NCBI GenBank assembly: GCA_963850305.1
Contig: CAWKKR010000004.1
Span: 416,001-480,000, forward strand
Reading direction: 5' to 3'
DNA from: an uncultured delta proteobacterium
Lineage (GTDB): Bacteria > Myxococcota_A > Polyangia > Polyangiales > Polyangiaceae
Length of the DNA stretch: 64,000 nt
Shown here piece by piece: positions 19,452 to 30,139 of this stretch. Each line of letters begins with the position of its first letter. The stretch's first letter is position 1. Both the position numbers and the translations under genes were made by a program. Under the pieces are notes generated by a model. It was not told where the DNA came from, did no database searches, and was given only the letters and a program-made list of their open reading frames with translations.

Positions 19452-21376
19452 TGGAACGGGCGCGGCGGACCCTCGAGCTCGCCGCTTACGCCGCGGCGCT
19501 CGTCCTCGTCACTCTGTACTTCTTTCAATCCGCGACGCTCGCGCCGAACCACGCCGATGGCGGGCTGCTGCTCCAGTACATCGACGGCATGGCGCACGGG
19601 CAGCGGCCCTTCTATGATTTTGCGGACGCCTATGGCCCGTTGAACTGGGTCTTCCCGGTCGCGTTCTATCGAGCGTTCGGCGACAGGGTCTGGGGAGTGA
19701 GGATGTGGCTCGTCCTCATGAAGGTCGTGACGGTCGTCGCCACGTTCGTGCTCGTGCGGCGGCTGTCGCAGACACCGCACGCGGCGAAGGAAGAAGGCCC
19801 CCCTTTCCCGGAGGGAACGTTCTACGGCGCAGTCGGGGGCTTCTTCACTGCGATCCTGCTCGGCGCACGATGGCAATCGCTGGAGACGGCGTACGCGTTC
19901 CTGACGGTAATGCCACTCGTACTCTCGACCTGGTACCTCGTGCTGTGCGCGCCTCTCTCGACACCGAGAAAGAACGTGACCCTCGCCGCCCTGCTCACGG
20001 CCGCGACGATCTGGACGAAGCTCAACACGGGGATGTACCTCTTCGCCGCCGGGCTCTTCGCGTACTTCTTCCTGACGCCGTACCCCGCCGACCCCACGCG
20101 GGAGCCTGGGCGCGAAGTCGTCACCCCGCGCACCTTCCGACGAATGAGGTACGCGGGAGGCGCTGCATACGTCCTCATGTTCTCCCTCATGATCCGACGT
20201 TACTTCGACGTCTGGTTCTTCCTGTACCTGTTCGTCCCGCTGCTACTCGGCGTCGCGTGGACGCTCCGCGTGATGCCGAGCACGTCGGATGACGAGCGCC
20301 CGTCTCGATACCTCTCCCCATGGCTCCGGTACCTGACGACGACGGTAATCGTATCCCTCATGGTGCTCGTCGGGTACTACGGATCCCATTCGAAGGAGTA
20401 CCTCTCGGAGCTCGCGACGATCCTGGCCGTCGTGAAATACACAGCGCCGTTTGCGGCGCTCCTCGTGCCGGGTCACTACGTCGGATTGAACGAGTACGGC
20501 TGGTTGCAGCTTCCTCTGCTCGCAACGACCCTCTTCGTCGTCTGGATCGGTTCTTCGCGGCGCGCCGGCCCGCACGCCTTCGGGGCGGCCTGGCGGCAGC
20601 GACGCGCGCAGGTCGGCGGCCTCTTCGTCATGGTGACGCTCCACACCTTCGGAATGTACGCGCGCTGCGACGAGACGCACATCTTCCAGGTTCTGGTGCT
20701 CGCGGTGCCCGCCATCACCGTGTTCGTCGCGCATCTGGAGGCGTTCGTCACGAGCCGACTTCCATCGAGGAAGCCCCCGTTTCGACTTGCGGTCGTCGGC
20801 GTCGGCATATTTTTCGCGCAGAGCCTGTTCGTGGTCCCCACGGCGGCCGCGTTCGAGATCGGAAAGGGGGATTGGAGCTCCCCTGCGCTGGAGCACCTGA
20901 GGTATCGGGGTTCCAATCGCTACGTCAAGCAAGACAGTCCTAGCCTCACCGACCGCGCGTGGGACGCGGCGATGGACCGCACCGCGCAGTACATCAAAAG
21001 CGTCTCGTCACCGAACGACCGGATGCTCATGCTCACGGCGGATCGGATCCTCTATGTCGCGACCGGGACGCGCCCGGTGGGCGATCGTTATCATTTCTTT
21101 TTTTATCTCGCGAGCGTCGGGCTCATCGATCGAGAAGGCTTCGACCGCCTCGTGCCTGAAGCCGTCTTGCAGGACATCCTGGAACATCCACCCCACGTCC
21201 TCGTGAGCGCCTACGGAGGCGCGCCCCTGGAAGTCGTGTTCCCCGAGCTCCGAGATCTCCGCGATCATCGATACGTCCTGACCCGGCACTACCGCCACAT
21301 CTTGGTCTACGAGTTGAGAACCGATGGACAGCTCCCTCCTCGACAGCCAGCGCAAGGCGCCAAGTCTGTTGATTGA
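19451..21376 (+). CDS. GT-C-like polytopic membrane protein
   Basis: TGATG coupling; ADGG...GQRPFYDF..YGPL motif after TM1; TKLNTG; soluble C-terminal domain. Confidence 0.7.
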   Translation: MERARRTLELAAYAAALVLVTLYFFQSATLAPNHADGGLLLQYIDGMAHGQRPFYDFADAYGPLNWVFPVAFYRAFGDRVWGVRMWLVLMKVVTVVATFVLVRRLSQTPHAAKEEGPPFPEGTFYGAVGGFFTAILLGARWQSLETAYAFLTVMPLVLSTWYLVLCAPLSTPRKNVTLAALLTAATIWTKLNTGMYLFAAGLFAYFFLTPYPADPTREPGREVVTPRTFRRMRYAGGAAYVLMFSLMIRRYFDVWFFLYLFVPLLLGVAWTLRVMPSTSDDERPSRYLSPWLRYLTTTVIVSLMVLVGYYGSHSKEYLSELATILAVVKYTAPFAALLVPGHYVGLNEYGWLQLPLLATTLFVVWIGSSRRAGPHAFGAAWRQRRAQVGGLFVMVTLHTFGMYARCDETHIFQVLVLAVPAITVFVAHLEAFVTSRLPSRKPPFRLAVVGVGIFFAQSLFVVPTAAAFEIGKGDWSSPALEHLRYRGSNRYVKQDSPSLTDRAWDAAMDRTAQYIKSVSSPNDRMLMLTADRILYVATGTRPVGDRYHFFFYLASVGLIDREGFDRLVPEAVLQDILEHPPHVLVSAYGGAPLEVVFPELRDLRDHRYVLTRHYRHILVYELRTDGQLPPRQPAQGAKSVD

Positions 21377-21405
21377 ACGCACGGCGGTAGTAAGCTCCGA
21401 CGCGC

Positions 21406-22080
21406 ATGCGCAGCTCTCGCTCCGGGACATCCACCCGAATCGCCGCCTTTGCGGCGCTCGTGACCTTCTCGCTCGTGGCGTGTCACGATGATCCGCCTCG
21501 AATCCACGTCGCGGATGTCGAGCGTTGCGAGCAGGGCGTCGCCCAGGCCAACGATGCAAAGTCGGAACAGGCCGCCGCGACCGCCTTCTACACGGGGTGC
21601 GCCAACGTGTTCGCCGAGTCCGCGTGCAGCAAGGCGATGGTCACGGCGGCGAGCGCCGACGCTGCTGCGCGGACGATGATCGTCGCCAACGGATGCCGGC
21701 AGGTCTATTGCCGGGCTCTGCCGGCTGCGGTCGACCTCGAGATGTGTCAACCGGATTTCAAGCCGACGACCGACTCCGTTGCGCGGGCCTGGCCTGCGCT
21801 GCAAACGGCGATCGTCGACTACGACGCTGACGATCTGGCGCCCCGAGTCCTTGCGGCGATGCTCCGATTCTTCTTGATCGAGGTGAAGTGGCAAAAGAAG
21901 CCGGCGGCTGCACTCGGCGCACCTCCGGCGCCGGGAAGCGCCGCATCGCCCGCGCCATCGGCAACGTCGACGCCAGCAGCGTCGGGCGGTCCGGCCGTGG
22001 CGGCGTCAGGGAACACACCGACGCCTCCTGCGAGCGCGCCCGTACGGAAGAAGAGTCAGGTCAAAACTGAAAGTAAATGA
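21406..22080 (+). CDS. hypothetical Cys-containing lipoprotein
   Basis: Lipobox LVAC; several Cys residues; Pro/Ala tail. Confidence 0.7.
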   Translation: MRSSRSGTSTRIAAFAALVTFSLVACHDDPPRIHVADVERCEQGVAQANDAKSEQAAATAFYTGCANVFAESACSKAMVTAASADAAARTMIVANGCRQVYCRALPAAVDLEMCQPDFKPTTDSVARAWPALQTAIVDYDADDLAPRVLAAMLRFFLIEVKWQKKPAAALGAPPAPGSAASPAPSATSTPAASGGPAVAASGNTPTPPASAPVRKKSQVKTESK

Positions 22081-23461
22081 ACTCGACCCCGCCGCCGGAC
22101 GCGAGCACGGACGCGGCGAGAACGACACCGAGCAAGCTGCCTTCGAGCGCGGGACCCCACGCCGCATCGGCGACTCTCGCGTGAATTGCAGGCAGGTGCG
22201 TCCGGAGCGCGCGCTCCGCACCGTGCAGAGCGCAGCAGACCACGACCGTGATCGTCGGCAATATGGGCCAGCCATGAAGCAGGCTGCTGTGGGTCAGGCC
22301 GCGCACGAAGGCGGTCGAATCGGCCCAGCTGCCTGCACGGAACGGGATCCAGGCGAGGCTCACTAGATTGAACATCGAGAGGATCGCGGGTAGGTCCGAC
22401 CAAGTGATCGGTCGATTCTCGTCGATCCCGTGCTTCCGGACGAGGCGGCCCAGCGCCAGCAAGACCCCGTGGATGCCGCCCCACACGACGAAGTTCAGCC
22501 CTGCGCCGTGCCAGAGTCCGCCGAGGAGCATCGTGACGAACAGGTTCACGAGGGTGCGAGCTCCGCCGCGACGATTGCCGCCGAGCGGAATGTAAAGGTA
22601 GTCCCTCAGCCATCGCGACAGAGTGATGTGCCAGCGCCGCCAGAACTCCGAAGGGCTACGCGACAGATACGGTTCTTCGAAGTTCATCGGAAGCTCGAAC
22701 CCGAGCACACACGCGAGCCCGCGGGCCATATCGCTGTAGCCGGAGAAGTCGAAGTAGATCTGGAATGCGAACGAGTACGCGGCGATGAGATGACAGGGCG
22801 CGTTCGTCGCGCCCGGAACGCCGAAGATCTCCGTGACGAAAGGCAACAGCAGGTAGTCGGAGAGAATCGCCTTCTTGACGAGCCCGACCGAAAAGAGCCA
22901 GAGCCCGCGGCGCGTCCGCTCGCGCGTCCGTCGTCCACCTTGCTCGAGCTGAGGCAACAGTTCGTCCCCGCGCATGATCGGACCGGCGATCAGATGCGGA
23001 AAGAACGTGACGAAGAGCATGTACTTCCCGAACGACGGGCACGGTCGCTTACCCCCGTACACGTCGACCGCGAGGCTGATGATCTCGAAGCTGTAAAAGG
23101 AGATCCCGAGCGGGAGCGTGATCTCGGGAATGCGCGGCATCCTGCCGATGCGCGCGAGGATCGGCATCGCGAGCCCGAGTCCGAAGGCGGCGTACTTGAA
23201 GATCGCGAGGATCGAGAGGGTCAACGTGATGGACGCAATCAGGTAGCGCCGAGGATGGGCGCTGCGGCTCATCTGCCTGGTCAGGAGGAAGTTCGCAGCA
23301 AGCGTGCCGACCAGCAGAAGCACATAGCTCGGAACCCAGAGCGTGTAGAACGTGAGGCTCGCGGCGAGGAGTACCGCGGTGCGATAACGCGCCGGAGCGG
23401 CCACGAACGCGGCGAACACGAGCGCGAAGAACGCGGCGAACTGGAAGCTATTGAACAGCAT
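22061..23461 (-). CDS. MBOAT family O-acyltransferase (AlgI/DltB-like)
   Basis: MLFNS, LPLGISFYSF, FFPHLIAGPI, QIYFDFSGYSDMA, FWRRWHITLS, GLWHGA. Confidence 0.95.
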   Translation of the reverse strand: MLFNSFQFAAFFALVFAAFVAAPARYRTAVLLAASLTFYTLWVPSYVLLLVGTLAANFLLTRQMSRSAHPRRYLIASITLTLSILAIFKYAAFGLGLAMPILARIGRMPRIPEITLPLGISFYSFEIISLAVDVYGGKRPCPSFGKYMLFVTFFPHLIAGPIMRGDELLPQLEQGGRRTRERTRRGLWLFSVGLVKKAILSDYLLLPFVTEIFGVPGATNAPCHLIAAYSFAFQIYFDFSGYSDMARGLACVLGFELPMNFEEPYLSRSPSEFWRRWHITLSRWLRDYLYIPLGGNRRGGARTLVNLFVTMLLGGLWHGAGLNFVVWGGIHGVLLALGRLVRKHGIDENRPITWSDLPAILSMFNLVSLAWIPFRAGSWADSTAFVRGLTHSSLLHGWPILPTITVVVCCALHGAERALRTHLPAIHARVADAAWGPALEGSLLGVVLAASVLASGGGVEFIYFQF

Positions 23462-23660
23462 GACGTCGTGGGCGAGGGCGGCGGCGAGGCGGGGGGGCAC
23501 GGAATCGCGGCGCGTTCGTCAGGATGGCGCGGGCCAGCGCGTCGCCGACGATCTCCGCGCCGTCGTAGGCGCCGGCGGCGCCGCACGCGAAGGCGGCGAA
23601 CAGTGTGACCGATGCCACAGCGCAGCAAACATGGCGAGGCGGCTCCTCGGGTGGCGTCAC
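23448..23660 (-). pseudogene. short ORF, possibly an internally deleted SGNH/AlgJ-like gene
   Basis: GTG start overlaps the upstream TGA; hydrophobic N-terminus joined directly to DGAEIVGDALARAI, which resembles an SGNH C-terminal helix. Confidence 0.35.
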
Positions 23661-24789
23661 GGGTGGCGCCCTCTCATTTTCGCCACGGCCGCCGCGAGCT
23701 CCCCGCCGAGAATGTGCGCTGCGCTGGACTTGCCCGCGGTGGTGAAGTGATCCCCGGGGTCGAGGAACGCCGCGTCCGGGAAGCGCGCGTGGAAATCGAC
23801 GAAGGTCGCGCCGCTCGCCTCGGTCATCGAGCGAAACGTCGCTATGGTGCGGTCCAGCCCGTCGAGCGAATACCCGAGCGCGCGCAGATGGTCGACGTTG
23901 AGCGGCGTGGTCCACACGAGCAACGGAACCCCCGCGCGTCGGTAATCGTCCAGGAGGGCCGCGAAGACACGAACGCGCGGCGAGCTCGGGTCGACGCCGC
24001 GAAGGACGTTGCCGAGTTGCTGCTCCGCGTACAGCCTCGAGTCGCGCGGTCTGGCGCCGGGCGCAACGACGAGCTGCTCGAGACCCAATCGGGCCGACCA
24101 GAGCCACGCCGTCGTGCCTAGCCCGGTCGGACCGTCGATGGCGCGCTCGAGTCGCCGATCCAAAGATGCTCGCAGATCGAAGATCCGCCCCTGGCGCTCG
24201 ACGAGCGCCGCCCACTCGTCTTCGAGGCCGAGGTCGATGAGAAGTCGGTAAGAAAGAAGCCGATTCAACGTGATGCCCGTGTACGAGAGCGGCAGCCAGG
24301 CGGCCTCCCACAGGCGTGAGCCGTGAATCAACCCGGCCAGCTCGGGGAACGACGCGAAACCGGGCGGCGCAGGGCCCCAGAGCTGCAGGTTGAGCTCGAA
24401 AACCACGCGATCCGGGTGCGGCGCTAGCACCTCGTCGACGAGGCAGTAGTGTCCGGCGATGCCGAGCGCGGGCCAGCTGAGCGCGTGAACGGCCAGATGA
24501 CGGACACCACCGCGATGACGCCAGAGCGCCCGCTGGAGCAGAGCGGGAAGTGACTCATTGCGTCCGGTTGCCCAGAGCTTCGAGTCCCCGACCATCGCGA
24601 GACGCGCGTGGCGACAATCCCCGCGGTCTCGCGTCGCCACGATTCCACGCCCGACATGAGCCCGACGACGGTGGTGACCTTGGCGATGCCCGACACCGCG
24701 AGAGCGGCGTCGGCAGCCGCCATCACTAGCCCCGCACTGACGATGAATGACGCCAGAAACGTCGCGCTCGCCCAGAGGCCGCGAGCCAA
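23657..24789 (-). CDS. SGNH/DltD-like periplasmic acyltransferase partner, frameshifted near 24620
   Basis: TM anchor in one frame (24789 start); VGDS and FLDPGDHF catalytic motifs in another. One extra G in the GGGG run joins them. Confidence 0.7.
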
Positions 24790-24833
24790 AGTTCAGCTCC
24801 GCCTCCGGAGCTCGCCCGACCTCGCCGAGGGAG

Positions 24834-27224
24834 TCACGACGCCTCGCGTGCGGGTGCATCTGGAAAGCTCATCAACGCGAGGGCTCCCACGACGTAAGCC
24901 GCGAGCGAAAGGACGATGAGCACCCGAAAGCCGAAGACCATGGCGACAATCGTCGAGAGGATCGACGCGATCACGGAGAAGAAGCCGTTCACCGCCCACG
25001 CCCATGCAACGTACTCGCGAGGCCGCGGCGTGGACCTCGCGACCGTGCGGAGGCCTAGCGGCATGAAAGTGCCGAGACACAGACCCACGGGGGAGACAAT
25101 CGCTATGGTGATCGCAATCCGCACGATCAGCGAGCACCCGAGGAAGGCCGCCACGACGGACGGAAGCACGAACTCCGCGAACGCGACGAGCACGGCGAGA
25201 AACAGGAGCAGGAAGACCAGCGCGCGGTTTCGCGCGATCGTGTGGCGGCCCGAGAGGAAGCTCCCGGCACCGGACGACAGGAGGAGCGCGAACAGCGTCA
25301 CCGAGAGCGAGTACGTCGGATATCCGAGTAGCAAGGTCAGCTTCTGGATGAGCCCCACCTCGAGGAACATGAATCCGAGGCCGAGCGCGGCGAAGTAAAT
25401 GCCGGCGGCCCCCTTGCGGGGCATCTCCGACCACGCGCTCCGGATCGTGACGAGTGGGAGCAGCAACATCACGGCAGCAAGGATCGTCACGATGACGAGA
25501 AAGCCCATCGTGAGTTGCTCGGCGATCGAGTCCTCTTGATCGACGACGACGTTCCCGAACGGGAGCGGAGCGAACGCGGCGTCGCGAAATCTGGCGAAAT
25601 GCCAGAAAAACGGCGCATCGTCGTGCACGGCGCTCACCTGATACCGATAATTCTTCAGGAAGCCGGGAAGCTCGTCGTCGTGGAGAGTGATCACCTGATT
25701 CGGAGGTGTCGCGTCCGGAGCGTTCCCCGGGAGATACCGGACTTCTCCCTGATCCATACCGCGCGCACGCTTGTCGAACGCGGCGCTCTGCGCCCGCGTG
25801 AATGGCTTCTTTCCGAGCAGAATGGCGACCTCGCGAAAAGGAGGATACCCGACGGAGCTCGCCAGCATGACGCGGTCCGAAAAGTCGTCGACGCCCTGCT
25901 CGCGGAAGGCCTCACGCGCAGTCGCGAGGTAGCGCGTCGTTCGGTTCGGTTTGCGGTCGTAATCCAGCTCTCCGAACTGCGTGCAGATGACGCCGTCGTC
26001 GGTCAGATGCCGGAGGCTCGCTTTGACCATCTCCGTCGTGTAGAGGTAGCTCTCCGAGAGCACGAACGCGCCGGAGGTCGCGACGTTCATCGCAGCGTAG
26101 GAATCCGGCGCTACGAACCATACGAGATCGTATTTTTCCTTACTCTGCCCGAGAAACCAGCGACCGTCGCCGTTGATCAGCGTCACCTTCGGGTTTTCTG
26201 CGAGGTGCCCGGTGATATCGGCGAAGACGTTCGTCAGAAGCGAATAGGTGACGGGGTTCAGTTCGACGCCCGTGACGTGGCTGGCCTTGAAATACAGGGA
26301 AGCCACGACCTCGTGCCCGCCCGCGGCGCCGATGATCAGGACCTTCGGGTGCTTCGGGAGCACGTCGAATGGCAGCGCGCGGGGGTCGTGCTCGAGATAG
26401 GCGAATCGCTGGAAGGTGCCGTCGAAGCGCCGAAGACCGGACCCCGGTTGCCCGTCGTGAAACACGAGAAACAGGTCGCCGGGGAAGAGCGGATGGTTCG
26501 CGACGTCGATGCGGAACACCGGGCTCCACTTCGAGAAGATGACGCTCCGCCGAAAGGATTCGTACGATTTGCTCTTGGCGACGACCGGATCCGTGAGCAG
26601 CGCGCCGGTCGCGACGACCGCGCCGAGCAGCGCCACGAGCGGCCACCCGATCGCCATGAGCGCACGTGAATCGCGAGAGAGACGCAACCCCGCCGCCGCG
26701 AGCACCATGCCCGCCAGGATCACGGTCCTCGGAGGCGACAGGACCGAGACGAGCGGCACGGCAAGCGTGCAGCCGAGCGCGGCCCCGAACAGGTCCGCAG
26801 CGTAGAGCCGCTGCACGGCCTCGGGGTCACGACTCAGGATCGTGGAGAGGACGAGCCCGACGGCAAAGAACGAACTCGTGAGGAGCAACGCGACGACGAT
26901 GAGCTTCAGGACTTCGATCGGCTGGTTCATCGAGTCGGCGATGTTGAGCTGGATCCTGGCGATGCAGAGGTACGAGAAGAGGACGCTCGCGCCCGCCGCG
27001 AAGCTCGCGACGGAGATGAGCCGTTCGGGACGAATCCGGCGCAGACGTTCGGACGTCGCGATCGCGATCCCGCCGGACCCGATCCCGAGCAAGCCGAGAC
27101 CGAGAATCAGGTACGTGAAATAGTAAAAAACCTTGAACGAGAAGATGCGCGTGTACGAAATCTCGAGGAGCAGCGCTCCGAGCGAAGTCGCGAAAATCTC
27201 GAAGAAGGGCAGCTTTCGGGCCAT
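24834..27224 (-). CDS. second polytopic membrane protein with spermidine-synthase-like SAM-binding domain
   Basis: EISYTRIFS, LYAADLFGAALG, IIGAAGGHE, GVELN, GDGRWFL, HDDAPFFW, WAWAVNG. Confidence 0.85.
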   Translation of the reverse strand: MARKLPFFEIFATSLGALLLEISYTRIFSFKVFYYFTYLILGLGLLGIGSGGIAIATSERLRRIRPERLISVASFAAGASVLFSYLCIARIQLNIADSMNQPIEVLKLIVVALLLTSSFFAVGLVLSTILSRDPEAVQRLYAADLFGAALGCTLAVPLVSVLSPPRTVILAGMVLAAAGLRLSRDSRALMAIGWPLVALLGAVVATGALLTDPVVAKSKSYESFRRSVIFSKWSPVFRIDVANHPLFPGDLFLVFHDGQPGSGLRRFDGTFQRFAYLEHDPRALPFDVLPKHPKVLIIGAAGGHEVVASLYFKASHVTGVELNPVTYSLLTNVFADITGHLAENPKVTLINGDGRWFLGQSKEKYDLVWFVAPDSYAAMNVATSGAFVLSESYLYTTEMVKASLRHLTDDGVICTQFGELDYDRKPNRTTRYLATAREAFREQGVDDFSDRVMLASSVGYPPFREVAILLGKKPFTRAQSAAFDKRARGMDQGEVRYLPGNAPDATPPNQVITLHDDELPGFLKNYRYQVSAVHDDAPFFWHFARFRDAAFAPLPFGNVVVDQEDSIAEQLTMGFLVIVTILAAVMLLLPLVTIRSAWSEMPRKGAAGIYFAALGLGFMFLEVGLIQKLTLLLGYPTYSLSVTLFALLLSSGAGSFLSGRHTIARNRALVFLLLFLAVLVAFAEFVLPSVVAAFLGCSLIVRIAITIAIVSPVGLCLGTFMPLGLRTVARSTPRPREYVAWAWAVNGFFSVIASILSTIVAMVFGFRVLIVLSLAAYVVGALALMSFPDAPAREAS

Positions 27225-27239
27225 CTCGAACCCGGGCGT

Positions 27240-27251
27240 GTGTATCACACG
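27240..27251. promoter_or_regulatory. second GTGT-ATC-ACAC motif in a divergent intergenic region
   Basis: Identical 12-mer to 16929-16940, at a similar distance from the minus-strand ATG. Confidence 0.45.
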
Positions 27252-27325
27252 ACGCGTCCGCCGCGTGGTAACTTGCGCCTGTCTCGTGCCCGCGCGCTTC
27301 GCCGGACGCTCTGACGGTAGTGCCA

Positions 27326-28394
27326 ATGGCGGATGGTCGAGTCGCTCACGTTCCGGAGATCGACTGGCTGAAAGGGTTCGCGATCCTCTCGGTGGTATGC
27401 ATCCACGCGAAGGTTTACGAAGGATCGATCTTCTACGACCGCGTCATCAATCGAGCGGTCCCCATCTTCCTCGTCCTCTTCGGGGTCACGTCCGAGTTCT
27501 GGTGGCAACAGCCGAGCGATGAGGCGACCGTGCAACGGCTCGCCCGGTGGTACCGGGGTCGCTCGCGGCGACTCTTGGTCCCCGTGTGGGCATTGGCCAC
27601 CGTCTGGTGGCTCGCCGTCGTGCGGCTCGGTGACGCGCGAGCCCTTCATTTCGGCTCGAGCCAGGTGCTCGCGGCCTATGTCGGGTTCGCTCCGAGCATG
27701 GGGACGAGCTGGTTCATCTGCGTGATCCTCCAGCTCGTCCTGGTCTTCCCGGTGTTTCATTGGCTCTATGATCGCGTGGGCGCACTCAGCCTCGTGTGGT
27801 CGACGGGGTTGCTTTGCGCCTTTTGCGTCTGGCACGTGTACGACATCGTCGCTGCCGGCAATGCGTGCTTCGGGACTCGCGGGGCCTACCCGGGGTGGTA
27901 TTATTTCCTGGATCTTCTCCCCGCGTCTCTTCTACGACGTTGCGGTCGGCGTGGTCGTCGCGAGACGCTGGGGCGGCCGACCGACGCCGCTGGTCACGTT
28001 CGGGGCCCTCGTGCTCGCAATCGGCGGTGTGTTCGCCGCGCAGGCAGCCAATGATCACTCGATCATCGGCCCCATCAAGGAGCAGATCGTACAGTATCTG
28101 TTCGACGCGCCGCTCGCTGTCGCGCTCCTCGGGCTCATCCGCGGCCTCGCGCCGCTGGCGCCGCTAACCCGCTTTCTCGCGTGGTGCGGTCTGTCGTCCT
28201 GGGGCATTTACCTCGGCCACCTCCTTTTCCACGAGATCCTGCACCTGAAGGGCTTCGCTCCGGAGCGAGTCGGCGAGAACGGTCGCATGGTGTACGCGGT
28301 GGTGCTATTCGCGGTCGGCGCGGTGCTGGCGGTCGTCGGTACAGCTGCCACGCGCGTAGTCCGAAGAGCATCTTTGGCCCTGACCGGACCTTGA
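27326..28394 (+). CDS. acyltransferase-3 (OafA/YrhL-like), frameshifted near 27907
   Basis: IDWLKGFAILSVVCIH, AVPIF, SWFI..ILQL; downstream frame has GLSSWGIYLGH. Removing one C gives YFWIFSPR. Confidence 0.85.
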
Positions 28395-28406
28395 GCATCC
28401 AGTAAA

Positions 28407-29189
28407 ATGGCCCGCACGAGAACGGATTACCCGACCCTGGTGCTCCTCGGCGCGATGTACGCGCTTCTTCTCGGCAACGTCTGGCTGTACCTCGTCCGGC
28501 CCGTGCACCCCATCTTGCACGTCCTGATCTCGGCGGTGGCCATTCATCTCGCCTTCACCATCTGGCACGAAGCCGTCCACGGAACGCTGTCCTCCAAACC
28601 GCGCGTCAACGATGTGGTCGGCGTGCTCGGAATGCTGCCGTACATGACGCCCTACTTCATTCAGCGCTGGGTGCACCTGGAGCATCATCGCAAGCTGAAC
28701 CTCGTGGAGGACCCGAACTTCATCTACACGGACGGCTCGCTCCTCTCACTTCCGCTTCGCTATCCGCGTGCGCTCGCGTACGGCAAGAAGCTCCTGCGCG
28801 GGGACCCGCGCACTCGCTCCGAAAAGATCAGCGACACGACGACGACGCTCCTGGTCCTTGCCACGTATGCCGCAGCGCTCGTCACGGGACACACGAAGGA
28901 AATCGTCCTGTTGTGGTTCATCCCGGTCGTGCTGGCGAAACTCGTGATGGACTGGTACGTGAATTACCTACCGCACCGCGGCCTGCCGCCCGATCGATTC
29001 AAGGGCACTCGCATCATCGCCGTCGCGTGGTTCACGCCGCTCGTCCTGAATCACAATTATCACGCGATTCACCACCTCTGGCCGACGGTACCGTGGCACC
29101 GGTACCGCCAGATCTACGCGAAGAAACGCGACTACCTGGAGCGTAATGGCGTCCCCATCGAGAGAAGAGTTTTCGGCAGCCGGGCGTAA
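28407..29189 (+). CDS. membrane fatty acid desaturase / CrtR-like hydroxylase
   Basis: His boxes HEAVH, HLEHH, HAIHH; YLPH. Confidence 0.88.
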   Translation: MARTRTDYPTLVLLGAMYALLLGNVWLYLVRPVHPILHVLISAVAIHLAFTIWHEAVHGTLSSKPRVNDVVGVLGMLPYMTPYFIQRWVHLEHHRKLNLVEDPNFIYTDGSLLSLPLRYPRALAYGKKLLRGDPRTRSEKISDTTTTLLVLATYAAALVTGHTKEIVLLWFIPVVLAKLVMDWYVNYLPHRGLPPDRFKGTRIIAVAWFTPLVLNHNYHAIHHLWPTVPWHRYRQIYAKKRDYLERNGVPIERRVFGSRA

Positions 29190-30139
29190 CCCTCACGGCT
29201 CCACCGCGGCTGAGCTCGAGCTGGTGGACGCGCGCTGCGCGCTCTGCGGAGCAGAGGATGCGACGCCCGAAGCGTACGGCTACGACTTCGAATACAACAC
29301 TGCGAACAACCCATTCCGGTTCGTGCGGTGCAGAGCGTGCAGTCACGTGTACCTCCATCCGAGGCCGGGCCCGGCGGACCTCGGGGTGATCTATCCCGCG
29401 AGCTACTACACGCTCTCGGGCACGGGGAGCCTGGTCGCCTGGATGCGGCGCGCGTGGGAAGGCCGCAAGGTGGATGTGTATCGACGCGCGGTCGGCGATG
29501 GCAAGAAGCGCATCCTGGACGTGGGGTGCGGGGACGGCCGTTTTTTGCAGGTGCTCCGCGACTTCGGCCCGGACGAATGGGAGCTCGTCGGGGTGGATTT
29601 CGATCCCGTGGCGGTCGAACGGTGCCGCGCCCGCGGCTTCGACGCCTTCGCCGAGCGCGTGGAAGATCTGGAGATCCGAAGACGGCAGTTTCGACGCGGT
29701 CGTCATGCTGCAGCTCCTCGAACACGTGGAGGATCCCGCGGCGCTCGCGGAGCGCGTCTTCGCGTTGTTGCGACCGGGTGGCGTGTTCGTGGTGGAAACA
29801 CCGAACCTTGCCGGCTGGGATTACGCGCTCTTCAGAAGACGGTGGTGGGGCCATTACCACTTCCCTCGACACTGGAACCTGTTTTCCGCGCACTCACTCC
29901 ATTCGATGCTCGCCCGAGCGGGCTTCGTCGTCGAAAAGAGTGACCAGCTCATCAGCACGAGCGCCTGGACGATATCTCTCGGCAATTACTTTCTCGACCG
30001 CGGGTATCCGCGCTGGTTCTCGGGCTTCTTCAATTACAAGAATCCCGCGCTCCTCGCGCTCTTCGTCGCCGTCGACGCGGCGCGCGCTCGACTTGGCCAC
30101 GAGACGTCCAATCAACGGGTCATCGCGCGAAGGCCGTGA
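29146..30139 (+). CDS. class I SAM methyltransferase with N-terminal Zn ribbon, frameshifted near 29676
   Basis: CALCG...CRACS, ILDVGCGDG; after removing one C: EIEDGSFDAV, LEHVEDP, LRPGG, ETPN, PRH. Confidence 0.88.
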
